Counted from the stretch's first letter, positions 25,307 to 35,507 are shown. The stretch: DNA of 64,000 nt from Phenylobacterium sp. (GCA_045802455.1 JBJMQX010000154.1:6925-70924); one strand, 5' to 3'. Made by a program: numbers and translations. Notes: generated by a model not told the origin, from the sequence alone.

Positions 25307-26191
25307 CTACGCCGGTTCGGCGTAGCCGGGGCCGCGGGCGAGGGTGTGCGTCAGCGGCGCGCGGAGCAGCATGTCGCCGCCCTGGCCGGCCTGCAGGGGG
25401 CCGAAATCGCGCAGCAGGTGGCGGCGCAGCGCCTCGGGGATCGAGCCTTCGGGGGCCACCGGGTCGCGCCGGGTCAGCTCGGCGAAATAGCGGTCGTCGG
25501 CGTCGCGGTCGCCGCTGAGGTCGCGGACCCGTTCGAAGATCATCGCGTGGGCGGTCGGCGTGCGCCCGGCGTCCTGGGCCGGCGTCAGGCAGAGGCCGTC
25601 GACGATGTCGGCGCGCGGGCCGGACACCCCGTTGAAGATGCCGAACAGCAGGGCGCCGGAGGTGACGTCGACGCTGATCACGAAAAGCTGGTTGCCGAAC
25701 GGCAGGACCCAGCCTTCGACGGTGGTGCCGCCGACCCCGATGCGCAGCGTGAGCAGCCCGTTCGCGTCCAGGCGGATCATGCCGTGGTCGTGCACGAAAC
25801 GGCCGGGCGCCATCACGTAGGGGCGGGTGGAGCGGAAGATGCCCTCGTAGGCCTTGCCGCGGACCGCGGTGGAGGCGACGAACTGCTCCATCAGCGGCAG
25901 CGACAGCGCCGGCGGCAGGGCCTTGCGACCCTCCGGCAGGGCGCCCACGTCGGCGCCCAGGACCTCGGCGAAGCCCGTGACGTCGCGGTCCCAGTCGAGG
26001 GCCGAGAACCCGGGGATGCGCTGGGCCAGCAGGGCGGAAAGGCGCGAGAGGTTATGGCCGGAAGGCTGCACGGCGCCGGTCACCCAGCGGCCGACCACGG
26101 ACTTGTCGACGCCGAGGTCGGCGGCCAGCCGCGCCCGGCTCATCGAGAGCCGCTTGAGCGCCAGCTCCAGCTTCCTGCCGAACGCGTCCAT
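25307..26191 (-). CDS. XRE-type HTH protein with an uncharacterised ~220-aa C-terminal domain
   Basis: N-terminus LKRLSMSRARLAADLGVDKSVVGRWVTGAVQPSGHNLSRLSALL is an HTH. The rest has ordinary composition and I recognise no family. Confidence 0.8.
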   Translation of the reverse strand: MDAFGRKLELALKRLSMSRARLAADLGVDKSVVGRWVTGAVQPSGHNLSRLSALLAQRIPGFSALDWDRDVTGFAEVLGADVGALPEGRKALPPALSLPLMEQFVASTAVRGKAYEGIFRSTRPYVMAPGRFVHDHGMIRLDANGLLTLRIGVGGTTVEGWVLPFGNQLFVISVDVTSGALLFGIFNGVSGPRADIVDGLCLTPAQDAGRTPTAHAMIFERVRDLSGDRDADDRYFAELTRRDPVAPEGSIPEALRRHLLRDFGPLQAGQGGDMLLRAPLTHTLARGPGYAEPA

Positions 26192-26301
26192 GATTCCCCC
26201 GTGGGCCGACGTCGCCGCGCGGTGGGTGGATTGTCAATCGAACTCGCATGCCACGCGATGCGCGAGCGGCGGCTGAGAAGCGCGCCTCGGTTTGCCGTGG
26301 A

Positions 26302-27165
26302 CTACCGCCGGGCGTCGGCGAACTGGGCGGGGAGCATGGCCGGCGTCGCGGGCGCGACGGCGCGGGCGCGGGCCAGCTCGCGGGCGCGGACACCGGCGAG
26401 CACCGCCTCGAGGGCGGCCATCAGCGAGATCAGGAAGCCCAGCTCGCCCTCACGCACGCCCTGGCGCCACACGTAGCAGGCGAAGAAGCGGCCGACGCCG
26501 CGGGCGACATCGCCCAGGAGATCGCCGGGCCGGCCGGAGTCCACGAGGTCCTGGGCGCGCAGCCAGGCCTGGCGGCTGAGGCGGGCCATCATGTGGCCGA
26601 GGTCGGGGTCGGCGCAGCGCGCGAGCGGGGTCTCCAGGGCGCCGGCGTAGGCCCCGTCCATGACCACCACTGGCTCGACCCGGCGCGCCTTCCAGCGCTT
26701 GACGCGGCGGCGGTAGAGCTTCGGGGCCGCGGTCTCGCCGAGGCCTGCGCCCCAGCCGCGGCGGACCAGCCGCTCGCCCACGAAGTTGTGCACCGGCAGG
26801 TTGAACCAGTCGCCTGACGGGCGGCCGTGGATCGCGGCGCGGATCTCGTAGGCCAGCTCCGGGCCGACCTGCTCGTCAGGTTCGATCTCGAGGATCCAGT
26901 CGCCCAGCGTGGCGGCGACGCCGGCGGTCTTGCGCTGGCTCTCCAGCGGGAAGATGCCGTCGATGACGCGGGCCCCGAATTGGCGGGCGATCTCGGCGGA
27001 CCGGTCGGTGCAGCGGTCGGCGATGACCACCACCTCGTCGCAAAAGTCGAGATGGCGAAGACAGTCCGCCAGGCGCGTCTCGTCGTTCTGAGCGCAAACC
27101 AGGGCCGATAGCTTCACGGTCGCGACACCCCACCATGAGTCCCGCGGCGGTCCCCCCGCCGTCAT
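26302..27165 (-). CDS. Family 2 glycosyltransferase
   Basis: LSALVCAQNDETRLADCLRHLDFCDEVVVIADRCTDRSAEIA is a GT2 N-terminal signature. The true start may be GTG 27117. Confidence 0.85.
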   Translation of the reverse strand: MTAGGPPRDSWWGVATVKLSALVCAQNDETRLADCLRHLDFCDEVVVIADRCTDRSAEIARQFGARVIDGIFPLESQRKTAGVAATLGDWILEIEPDEQVGPELAYEIRAAIHGRPSGDWFNLPVHNFVGERLVRRGWGAGLGETAAPKLYRRRVKRWKARRVEPVVVMDGAYAGALETPLARCADPDLGHMMARLSRQAWLRAQDLVDSGRPGDLLGDVARGVGRFFACYVWRQGVREGELGFLISLMAALEAVLAGVRARELARARAVAPATPAMLPAQFADARR

Positions 27166-27433
27166 AGTTAAGACGGCGCAGCTCGAAGCGTCCCCCCGTC
27201 GCCGATACGAAAAAACGAATCAGATCAATCGGGCGGAACCCTTGCCGCCGGCGATCGATGACGTGAGTTGGGGAAGACGGGGTCCAGACGTCGCGACGGC
27301 CGCTCAGTTTCGGTTGGCGAACGGACAAGGTTCAGCGCGAACGCAGACCTCGGCGAGTCCCGTTCGGCGCGAGCTGGCAACATCGGGTTTCGACGCTTAG
27401 CGGACGTCCGCGCCCGGCATCGATCTGGACCTT

Positions 27434-27456
27434 GGGGGCGGGTTGGCGCCGCCCCC
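27434..27456 (-). terminator. GC hairpin downstream of the PEP-CTERM gene (no U-tract)
   Basis: GGGGGCGG at 27434..27441 pairs with CCGCCCCC at 27449..27456, with a 7-nt loop. Confidence 0.3.
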
Positions 27457-27535
27457 GCTGGCCAAAATGATAACGCCGCCGATCTCCAGGGGACCGGCGG
27501 CGCCGAATGTAGTCTGTGAACGTCGTCGCCCGGTC

Positions 27536-28285
27536 CTAGCCAGCGGCTGCGACGGCCTTGCGGCGGCGAAGCATGGCGCCGGCCATGCCGAAGCCCCCGA
27601 TCATCAGCCCCCAGGCGGCCGGCTCCGGAATGGGCGCAGCGGCGCTGAAGCTGCCGCCGCCGTTGGCGGTGAAGGAGTTCAGGGCCTTCCCGGTGCTCGC
27701 GTCGAAGGTGGGGCTGACCGAACCCAGGTTGAAGGTCAACCCACGCGAGCCCGGGATGCCTGACAGATCGACCACGTCAGAGGAGAAGGCCGCTGCACCG
27801 CCGAACGCCAAGGTAGCGGAACCGCTTCCGCCGGCGCCGACGATCTGGGCGGACGTGAACACACCGTCGAACAGGTGGGTCACGCCTGAGACCAGGTTGA
27901 CGCCGTCGATCGTCTGATTGGCGCCGGTGTAGAGGACGGCGAACGACCCGTTGAGGCCGGTCTGCGTCCAGGTCCCCGCGGCGAAGATCGCGGGGTTGCC
28001 CTGAGCGGCGGTCGCATCGAGCGTGAACACCGCCGACAGGGAGGCGAAGTCGGCGAACGCCGCGGGGACGAAGCTGAAGTGGGTGGCCACGGCCGTAGCG
28101 GTCGTGTCGGCCGGGTTGCCAACGGAGATGAGCTCGCCGCCGGAGTTGTTCTTGATCCACTTGTAGTCGGCGCTGGTGGCGTCCGGGCTGAACTGCGCGA
28201 TTACAGTGGCGTGCGCCGGTGCAGTCGCGGCGGCGAGAGTCGCCGCCAGGACAGCCGCCGAAGCGAAGGTGGCAAAGGTTTTCAT
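27536..28285 (-). CDS. PEPxxWA-CTERM sorting-domain secreted protein
   Basis: Signal peptide MKTFATFASAAVLAATLAAATAPAHA. C-terminal PIPEPAAWGLMIGGFGMAGAMLRRRK. Confidence 0.85.
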   Translation of the reverse strand: MKTFATFASAAVLAATLAAATAPAHATVIAQFSPDATSADYKWIKNNSGGELISVGNPADTTATAVATHFSFVPAAFADFASLSAVFTLDATAAQGNPAIFAAGTWTQTGLNGSFAVLYTGANQTIDGVNLVSGVTHLFDGVFTSAQIVGAGGSGSATLAFGGAAAFSSDVVDLSGIPGSRGLTFNLGSVSPTFDASTGKALNSFTANGGGSFSAAAPIPEPAAWGLMIGGFGMAGAMLRRRKAVAAAG

Positions 28286-28600
28286 AGGTCGATCCCCCCC
28301 AGGGTCCAGCTATCCTTAACAAAGCCAGGCGCTGCCGTATCGGTGTTCCCCTGTGAGGCGAATTCCCCGACCGCAAGAAGGCGGGTCGAGCGCGGCGTAG
28401 AGGCCTCCGGTGGTGGCGATCAGCTGCCACTGGAGGACAGGGGCGGCGCTCGCGGGGCGATCGGGCGGGCCGACCCGGATAAGGACCGCCAAGTGCCCGT
28501 CACCGCAATCAAGGTCTGCTTTCCACCCATCTCGGAAGTCTGAGGCGTCCGGTCTCAGGCGACCTTACCGCGGCGTCCCGCTCACGAACTCACGCCCTGG

Positions 28601-31031
28601 TCAGAACGCGGCGGCGAGCCGGACGCCGACGGTTCGTGGGCGCTGCGGCGTGACCTGGCGGACCTTGCCGAAGCTGAAGGGGTTTCCGTAGGCGAAGGTG
28701 TTGCCGGCGCTGTCGGCGGGGTTGTTGACGAAGACCGCGGCGGTCCAGTGCGGGGCTACGACCTGGGCCAGGAGCTCGGCGTCGACGACCGCATCGGTGC
28801 GCGCGGAGAGCGTCGGGTCGAAGGTCAGGCGGGCCGGGCCGACGTAGCCGGCCTGGCCGATCAGGCGCAGGGTCAGGTCGCCCCGCAGCGGCCGGTCGTA
28901 GCGGGCCAGGACGCCGCCCGAGAACCTGGGCGCGCCGGGCAGGCCCGAGCCCAGGCGGTTGGCGAAGTCGGGGTTGGCGTTGAGGAACTTCGGCGACGAA
29001 AAGAGGCCGTTGGCGCTGAGCCTGAGGCCGAAGTCCCACTCGTACGCCGCCTCCGCCTCCACACCCTGGATGTGCGCGTCGCCGACGTTGGCGGTGTAGG
29101 CGAGACCGGAGTCCCGGTACTGGTCCGACTGGATGTTCGACCAGATGTCGAAGAAGGCCGCAGCCCGCAGGACCAGGTGGGCGTCCAGGTAGCGGCCCTT
29201 GGCGCCCAGCTCGAAGTTGCGCAGACGGTCCGGCTCGAAGGTCGTGCGCTGCGGCTTGATGCCGACGAAGTTGGTGGTGTTCACGCCGCCCGGCCGGAAC
29301 CCCTCGGAATAGAGGCCGTAGACCAGGGCGCCGTCCATGAACTCGTACTGCAGGGACACCTTGGGCGAGACGCCCGAGAAGCGGGAGCTTTCGTCGACCG
29401 CGCGGGGCGCGGTGGGCGCCGCGCCATGGATGCTGCTCTTGACGTCGAGCACGCTCGAGAAGGCCCGCGCGCCGGCCGCCAGCGTCCAGCCCGGCGCCAG
29501 GCGCCACGTCCCCTCGCCGTAGGCGGCGAATTCGCGCAGGTGGTCGCGGCGGTCCTCGTCATAGACGCGCAGGAGGCGCGTGACGGCGGCGGCGGACACC
29601 AGGCCCGGCGGGGCGTTGGCCAGGATGTCGAGAGCCGAGGGCGTCCGCTCCAGCGAGGCGGAGCCGTAGAGGCCGGCCAGCCAGCTCACCGGGCCCGAGC
29701 CGGTCGAGGTCAGCACCACGTCCTGGGTCGCGCGGCGGATCCGGGCGGCTTCGGAGTAGATGCCGAGCGCCGCGCCGGTGTCGGAAAACTGGCTGGCCGC
29801 CACCGTGGCGTCATAGAGGCTGGAATAGGCGTGCTGGACGTAGGAGGTGGTGGCCGCAAGGTCGGCGCCCGGCAGCTCGCCGTGCACGGTCACCGCGCCG
29901 TTGGCGAAGTCGTTGACGGAGGCCTCGCGGACCTGGTTGGCGCGCCGGGCGCGGCTGTCGAGGGTGGTGTACTGGGTGTCGCGCGAGTGCAGGCGCTGGC
30001 CGGCGGCGGAGACGTCGAGGGTCCAGCGGTCGCCGAGGCTGAAGCGCAGGGCCGCGCGGCCGCCTTCCCGCGCCGTCGAATCGACGTTGGAGAGCCGCAG
30101 GCTGACGTCGTCGAGATAGCCGCCCTGGTTGTCGTAGTAGGCGACCAGCCGCAAGGCCGCGCGTCCCCCGCCCAGCGGCAGGTTGGCGTAGCCCTCGCCG
30201 GCGTAGCTCGTCGATCCGCCGTGGGTCTGGGCGACGACGGCCTGGGCGCCGGCGGCGTAGCGGTCCGGGTCGGGCTTGCGGGTGACGACCCGGTAGACGC
30301 CGGCCAGGGCGCCGGAGCCGTAGAGCGCGCCCTGCGGCCCGCGCAGGGTCTCGACCCGCTCCACGTCGGTGAGCCGCAGGTCGGGATCGGGGGCGTTATA
30401 GTTGATCGGCGCATCGTCGAGGTAGCTGGAGACCGTCGAGCGGGCGCGCCCTGTGAAGGCGCCGTCGGAGAGGCCGCGCATCAGGAGCTTGTCGCGGCCG
30501 GGGCCGAGGTTGGTGGTGAGCACGCCGACCAGCTGGCTGGTGGTGTCGCGCACGGTGTCGGCGCCGGTGGCCAGAAGCTGCTCGCCGGAGATCACGCTGA
30601 CGCCGGCCGGCAGCAGGTCCAGCCGCTCGGGCCGCTTGCGCGCGGTGACCAGCAGCTCGGTGACCACGGGCGGAGCCGGCCCCTCGACCCGGGCCTGTGG
30701 GGTGAGCGGGGTGATCCGCACGGTCTTGGCGTCGACCACGCGCCACGCGCACGGGGCGCCGGCGAGGAGGCGCGCGAGGGCGTCGCTGAGCGTGTACTGG
30801 CCCCTAAGACCCGCCTGGCCGCCGGTCCCGCAGGACGAGGCGCCGAGCAGGGAGACGTTGGCCTGCACGGCCAGGTCGATCAGGGCTTCCGAATAGGGCT
30901 TGGGCGGGATGGCGAAGCGCCGACGCGCCTCCGCGGCCTCAGCCCCGCCGGCGAGCGAAAGGAGGCATAGTCCCGCAAAGGACGCGCGCAGAACGGCCGC
31001 CGGCCTGGCTATGGCCCTTCGTCCCCCTCAT
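28601..31031 (-). CDS. FecA-type TonB-dependent receptor with N-terminal STN signalling domain. The N-terminus is disrupted or has no canonical start.
   Basis: The track ORF 28601..30868 starts inside the STN domain. 48 further in-frame codons encode a signal peptide (IARPAAVLRASFAGLCLLSLAGGAEA) but contain no ATG, GTG or TTG. ATG 31031 overlaps the FecR stop and is out of frame by one nt across a C5 run at 31023..31027. Confidence 0.85.
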
Positions 31032-32020
31032 GGCTTCGTCGCCTGATCGCGCCGAAGCGTAACGCCTTGCGGCGAGGGTAGCGCCTTGATCGGCGCGAGC
31101 AAGGCGAGGCGTCGAATAACCGCGGCCTGGTCGTCGAGCACGAGCACGCCGGAGACGCGGGTCTGGGCCAGCGTCGGGTCGTCGATGACGATCGGCGTGG
31201 CGAACTGCTGGTTGAGGTCGGCGACGACCTCGGCCAGCGGCTGGTCGCGGAAGATCAGCCGGCCGGTCTTCCAGCCGCCGATCTGGGCCGGGTCGACGAG
31301 GGTGAGGGCGACGTCCGGCGCGCCCTCGAGGTGGTCGAGGCGCTGGCCCGGATGCAGGCGGAAGCCGCGGCCCGGCGCGCCCAGGGTCGGATCGACCTCG
31401 ACGAGGCCGCGCTCGACCGCAACCGAGAGGCGACCGCCCCGGCGGCGGACGTCGAAGCGGGTGCCGACCACGCGCACCGTGCGGTCGCCGGCGGCGATCA
31501 GGAACGGGCGGGCCGGATCGTGGGCCACGTCGAACACCGCCTCGCCGTCGCCCATCACCACGCGGCGCTCATGCGCACCGAGGGCGACGGTGAGCGTCGA
31601 GCCGGCGTTCAGGTCGATGGTCGAGCCGTCGGCGAGCTTGATCGAGCGGTGCTCGCCCTTGCCGGTGGCGAGCGACTGGGTGGTCGGCGCAATCGCGGTG
31701 AACGGCAGGATGGCGAGCGCGATCGTGGCGGCGGCGGCGAGCCCGCCGGCGACCAGCCAACCGCGCCGGCCGACGATCGGGCGGCCACTGGGGTGGCGTC
31801 GCGGCCGCGCCAGGTCAGCAAGAATGGCGGAGGCCGCGGCCTGCAACTCCAGGCTGACGGCGAGCGCGGCGTCATAGGCGCTCGCATTGGCGGGCGCGGC
31901 CAGCCAGGCGTCGAATTCGGCCAGCTCCGCATCGGCGAGATCGGGCGCGGACAGGCGCGCGAGCCAGTCGGCGGCGGACGCCACCCTGGCCTCGTCGTCC
32001 CTGGTCCAGGTCATGGTCAT
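31028..32020 (-). CDS. FecR-family anti-sigma factor / transmembrane sensor
   Basis: N-terminal anti-sigma region (AADWLARLSAPDLADAELAEFDAWLAA), a TM segment and a FecR periplasmic domain. Confidence 0.9.
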   Translation of the reverse strand: MTMTWTRDDEARVASAADWLARLSAPDLADAELAEFDAWLAAPANASAYDAALAVSLELQAAASAILADLARPRRHPSGRPIVGRRGWLVAGGLAAAATIALAILPFTAIAPTTQSLATGKGEHRSIKLADGSTIDLNAGSTLTVALGAHERRVVMGDGEAVFDVAHDPARPFLIAAGDRTVRVVGTRFDVRRRGGRLSVAVERGLVEVDPTLGAPGRGFRLHPGQRLDHLEGAPDVALTLVDPAQIGGWKTGRLIFRDQPLAEVVADLNQQFATPIVIDDPTLAQTRVSGVLVLDDQAAVIRRLALLAPIKALPSPQGVTLRRDQATKP

Positions 32021-32109
32021 TCAACCACCCGTTGCGCCCCCGAGGAGCCGTCCCCTAAGCAAGACGGCGCCGCGGGGCATCACCCCTATTATGCGATGAC
32101 TATAACGAT

Positions 32110-32646
32110 TCACTTTTGCAGCCTTGCGGCGAGCGACTTGAGCGCGGCGCTGACGTGTTTCTCGACGGCCTTGACCGAGAGGCCCATGGCGCGTGCGGTC
32201 TCGGCGTGGCTGAGGCCCTCCAGCTTGTGCAGGCGGAAGGCGCGGCCAGCCTGCGGCGGGAGGTCGGCGACCGCGGCGACCAACTGGCGCAGCCGCTGGG
32301 CCGAGGCCGCCGCGTCATCGGCCGCGGGCTCGTCAGCGATGTCGACGCCGCCAACCTGCGAACGGGCGACCTGGCGCCAGGCGGTGTCGCGGGCCGCCGC
32401 GCGCTGCTCGCCGCGGGCCCGGTCGACCATCAGGTTGAGCGCCATGCGGTAGAGCATGGCCTGCGGGTTGGACACCTCGGCGCTGTCCCCGCGCGACGCA
32501 AGCTTGAGGTAGAGCTCCTGGGCCACGTCCTCGGCCATGGCCAGCGAGCCGGTCCGCGCCGCCAGGAAGCGGACCAGGTTCGCCCGCTTCTCCAGATAGA
32601 GCGCGAGCAGCGGGTCGGGCCGGGCATGGGAGGGCGCCCTAGCCAT
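32110..32646 (-). CDS. ECF sigma-70 family RNA polymerase sigma factor (FecI-like)
   Basis: Region 2 (DVAQELYLKL) and region 4 (RAFRLHKLEGLSHAETARAMGLSVKAVEKHVSAAL). Confidence 0.9.
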   Translation of the reverse strand: MARAPSHARPDPLLALYLEKRANLVRFLAARTGSLAMAEDVAQELYLKLASRGDSAEVSNPQAMLYRMALNLMVDRARGEQRAAARDTAWRQVARSQVGGVDIADEPAADDAAASAQRLRQLVAAVADLPPQAGRAFRLHKLEGLSHAETARAMGLSVKAVEKHVSAALKSLAARLQK

Positions 32647-32770
32647 CGGCGTTCACTGCGGCTGGGCTGGGCGCGGACACGCGGTCGGTTACCCCGGACT
32701 TCCTGTCCCGCGGGTTTGGCCCAAAACGGAGACGCGGCCAACTTCCTTCCCGCGCTGCGGGAGAGGAAGA

Positions 32771-33541
32771 TCAGCTCATCAGGCCAGCGCCCTTGAGGAA
32801 GTCGAGCAGGGCGGCGTTGAAAGCCTCGGGCTGGTCGATGTTGGCCGAGTGGCCAGCGTTCGGGATCACCACCTTCTTCGCGCCGGGGATCTTGGCGGCC
32901 ATGTAGTCGCTGGCGGCGAGGAACGGCGTGTCGTTGGCGCCGACGATCACCACCGAGGGGACAGCGACGGCCGGCAGGCTCTCGATCACCCGGGCGTCGC
33001 GCTGGGTGAGCATGCCGCGCGCGGCGCGGGCCAGGCCGGAGGCGTCGCGGTGGCGGGCGAGCCGCACCTCGGCGCTGGCGCGGGCCGTGTCGGGGAGGCC
33101 CTCGCGCTCGAACCGCTCGGCGCGGGCGATGGCGTTGGCGTTCCAGCCGTCGCGGGCCTGGTCGTTCTTGTAGCCGGGGCCGGTGTCGATGATCAGCAGG
33201 GCGCGGGTGCGCTCAGGGTGCGCGCGGTGGAAGGCCAGGCTCATGTAGCCGCCCAGCGAAAGGCCGCCGACCACCGCGTCCTTGGCGCCGACCGCGTCGA
33301 GCAGGGCGGCCATGTCGGCGACGGTGGCTTCCTCGGAATACTGCGCAGGATCCTCTGGGTAGTCGGACTGGCCGTGGCCGCGCATGTCCCAGGTGATCAC
33401 GGTGAAGTGCGGGGCGAGCGAGGCGATCTGGCCGGCCCACATCTGCGACGTGGCGGAATAGCCGTGGGTGAGGATCAGCGCCGGACCCGCGCCGTGGACC
33501 TCGTAGTAGAGCTTGACCCCGTCTCGATCGAGCATCGGCAT
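32771..33541 (-). CDS. Alpha/beta hydrolase
   Basis: HGYSATSQMW, nucleophile elbow GLSLGG, C-terminal AGHSANIDQPEAF. Confidence 0.9.
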   Translation of the reverse strand: MPMLDRDGVKLYYEVHGAGPALILTHGYSATSQMWAGQIASLAPHFTVITWDMRGHGQSDYPEDPAQYSEEATVADMAALLDAVGAKDAVVGGLSLGGYMSLAFHRAHPERTRALLIIDTGPGYKNDQARDGWNANAIARAERFEREGLPDTARASAEVRLARHRDASGLARAARGMLTQRDARVIESLPAVAVPSVVIVGANDTPFLAASDYMAAKIPGAKKVVIPNAGHSANIDQPEAFNAALLDFLKGAGLMS

Positions 33542-33599
33542 GGCGTGTCCCTCGGCTTTCGGCCAGCCACCCTCCCATGCAGGGGCGGGAAAGCAAGGG

Positions 33600-34313
33600 T
33601 CAGGCGGCGAGGTCGAGGTGCAGGTAGCGCGGGTCGAATTCGCCGGCGGCCTTCAACCCGTTCCAGTCGCGGATCGTCAGCATGCCGCCCTGGAAGCTCA
33701 GGAGGCCGTCGGCACGCAGGGCCTGCAGGGTGCGGTTGGTGTGCACCATGGAAAGGCCCAGCGAGTCCGAGAGGTGCTGCTGGGTGATCGGGAAGCGGCA
33801 GCGGTCCTGCTGGACCAGCCCGGCGGCGGACTGGCGCATGAAGATCTCGCAGAAGAAGTGCGCGATGCGGGCGTAGGCGGTGCGCCGGCCCATGCCCACC
33901 ATCCATTCGCGGAACACCGCGGCCTCGGCGAGGCTGGCGCGCCAGAGGGCCTGGGCGACGCCCGGGCGGCTCTGCATGACCTCGGCCAAGCGCGCGTGCG
34001 GGATCACCGCCACCTGGCAGCGGGTCAGCGCGGTCACCGAGTTGTCCATCGGCAGGAAGGCGCCCTGCAGGTCGCAGAGGTCGCCGCGGACCTGGAAGGA
34101 CATGATCTGGCGCCGCCCGTCCTCGAGCGTGCGGTGGCGGAAGGTCTGGCCCTCGAGCAGCACGTGGCAGTGCGTGGGCCGGTCGCCCTCGACGGCGACG
34201 TCGCCGCCCGACTCGACGTTGCGCACAGCGGCGAAGGTGGCGGCGAGGCCTTCCTGCTCTTCCCCCGACAGGTCGCCATAACGGCGCAGGTTCTCGATGA
34301 ATCGCTTTGGCAT
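33600..34313 (-). CDS. Crp/Fnr family transcriptional regulator
   Basis: cNMP-binding-like barrel plus C-terminal HTH (ITQQHLSDSLGLSMVHTNRTLQALRADGL). Confidence 0.9.
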   Translation of the reverse strand: MPKRFIENLRRYGDLSGEEQEGLAATFAAVRNVESGGDVAVEGDRPTHCHVLLEGQTFRHRTLEDGRRQIMSFQVRGDLCDLQGAFLPMDNSVTALTRCQVAVIPHARLAEVMQSRPGVAQALWRASLAEAAVFREWMVGMGRRTAYARIAHFFCEIFMRQSAAGLVQQDRCRFPITQQHLSDSLGLSMVHTNRTLQALRADGLLSFQGGMLTIRDWNGLKAAGEFDPRYLHLDLAA

Positions 34314-34358
34314 GACCCTCGCAGACCACGTCCGGCGGACTGGACGAAATTAACTAGA

Positions 34359-35123
34359 TCAATCGGCCCGGCTGAGCGCGTCCGGGAGCAGGTGGAGGTA
34401 GGTCGGATCGAAATCGCCGACCTGCTTGAGGCGAGGCCAGTCCTTGATGAGCATGCGCTTTCCCTCCGAGGCGATCAGGCCGTCGCGGCGCAGGTCCTGC
34501 AGCACCCGGTTCACGTGCACGGTGGAAAGGCCGAGCGCGTCGGCGATCTCGGCCTGGGTGAGCGCGAGGTCCATGGCCTTGCCGTCAGCGAGGCCAAGCG
34601 CGCGCATCCGCACGAAGAACTCGCAGATGAGATGGGCGACCCGCTGGTGCGCGGTGCGCCGGCCGACGCCGGCCAGCCACTCGCGGAAGATCGCCGCGTC
34701 GATCAGGGTGATGCGCCAGAAGATCGCCGTCAGGCTGGCCGACTTGTCCGTGACTTCGCCCAGGGCCGCGTGCGGGATGTAGGCGGCGGAGCCGGGGGTC
34801 AGCGTGCCCAGGCTGTGGTCCATGACGCCCAGGTGCAGGCTCTGCAGGTCCGGGACGTCGCCCGCCAGGTGGAAGGAGAGGATCTGGCGCTGGCCCTCGG
34901 CCAGCAGCTTGTAGCGGCAGGCCAGGCCATCGACGAGCAGGCAGCATTCGTTCGGCCTGTCGCCCTCGCGGACTAGGTCGGTGTCTTCCCCGAACTGGCG
35001 GATGCGCATCGGCAGGCTCGTGACGAGCGCGCGGTCCGTATCGCTGACCCGGCCGATCACCTCCATCGAGCGCAGCAGGCGGGCGTGTTCGTGACTGATC
35101 CGCATCGAGCGTTGCAGCGGCAA
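34359..35123 (-). CDS. Crp/Fnr family transcriptional regulator (paralogue of 33600..34313)
   Basis: LTQAEIADALGLSTVHVNRVLQDLRRDGL. Both paralogues end in (E/D)FDPxYLHL. Confidence 0.9.
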   Translation of the reverse strand: MPLQRSMRISHEHARLLRSMEVIGRVSDTDRALVTSLPMRIRQFGEDTDLVREGDRPNECCLLVDGLACRYKLLAEGQRQILSFHLAGDVPDLQSLHLGVMDHSLGTLTPGSAAYIPHAALGEVTDKSASLTAIFWRITLIDAAIFREWLAGVGRRTAHQRVAHLICEFFVRMRALGLADGKAMDLALTQAEIADALGLSTVHVNRVLQDLRRDGLIASEGKRMLIKDWPRLKQVGDFDPTYLHLLPDALSRAD

Positions 35124-35218
35124 GGCAAGGGTTTCGCCGCTATTCCGGCGGCCTTAGCAATGGCTGCGGCCTTGCTCAGTTCCCAGGCCAACATAGGATG
35201 CGCCTGCCGCCGCTCAGC

Positions 35219-35458
35219 TCAGCTCAGCGCCGGCGCATCGGTGGCGCTGACCTCGACCACGAAAAGGGTGAGGCCGGCCTGGTCGGTCACCGACATCCTG
35301 AGCAGGCCGTCGCTCCAGAAGTCCTCGGAGCGTTCCTTGAGGATCTCGCCCAGGGCGCGGACCGCCTCCTGCCGGGCGGCGGCGACGTCGGGCAGGCTGA
35401 CGCCCTCGCGGTCGCGGAGCGCATGGCCATCTTCGGTGTGAAAGTAGAAGCGCGGCAC
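35219..35458 (-). CDS. DUF6894-like small protein (family name from memory)
   Basis: MPRFYFHTEDGHALRDREGVSLPDVAAARQEAVRALGEIL. Confidence 0.6.
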   Translation of the reverse strand: MPRFYFHTEDGHALRDREGVSLPDVAAARQEAVRALGEILKERSEDFWSDGLLRMSVTDQAGLTLFVVEVSATDAPALS

Positions 35459-35507
35459 GCGCGTCTAACTAGCCGCCGTTACAGAAGTTTCGCGGCGAAC
35501 TCGGGTT

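Noticed and set aside
28748-30970. 740-aa + ORF antisense to the FecA-type receptor. The same applies to 6465..7799 (-), 15057..16484 (+), 33513..34976 (+), 38335..39984 (+), 44037..45581 (+), 51458..53158 (+), 53675..55174 (-), 55697..56971 (-) and 59007..60422 (+).
   Set aside because: All are long GC-driven open frames with R/G/A/P/D/E-dominated translations. Each lies opposite, or out of frame with, an ORF that has clear family signatures.
31028-31031. Possibility that FecR and the receptor are one fused protein via TGA read-through, since they share a frame
   Set aside because: An anti-sigma factor fused to an outer-membrane receptor makes no topological sense. The sequence right after the TGA is a normal signal peptide. 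The ATGA overlap plus a one-base homopolymer offset is the simpler explanation.
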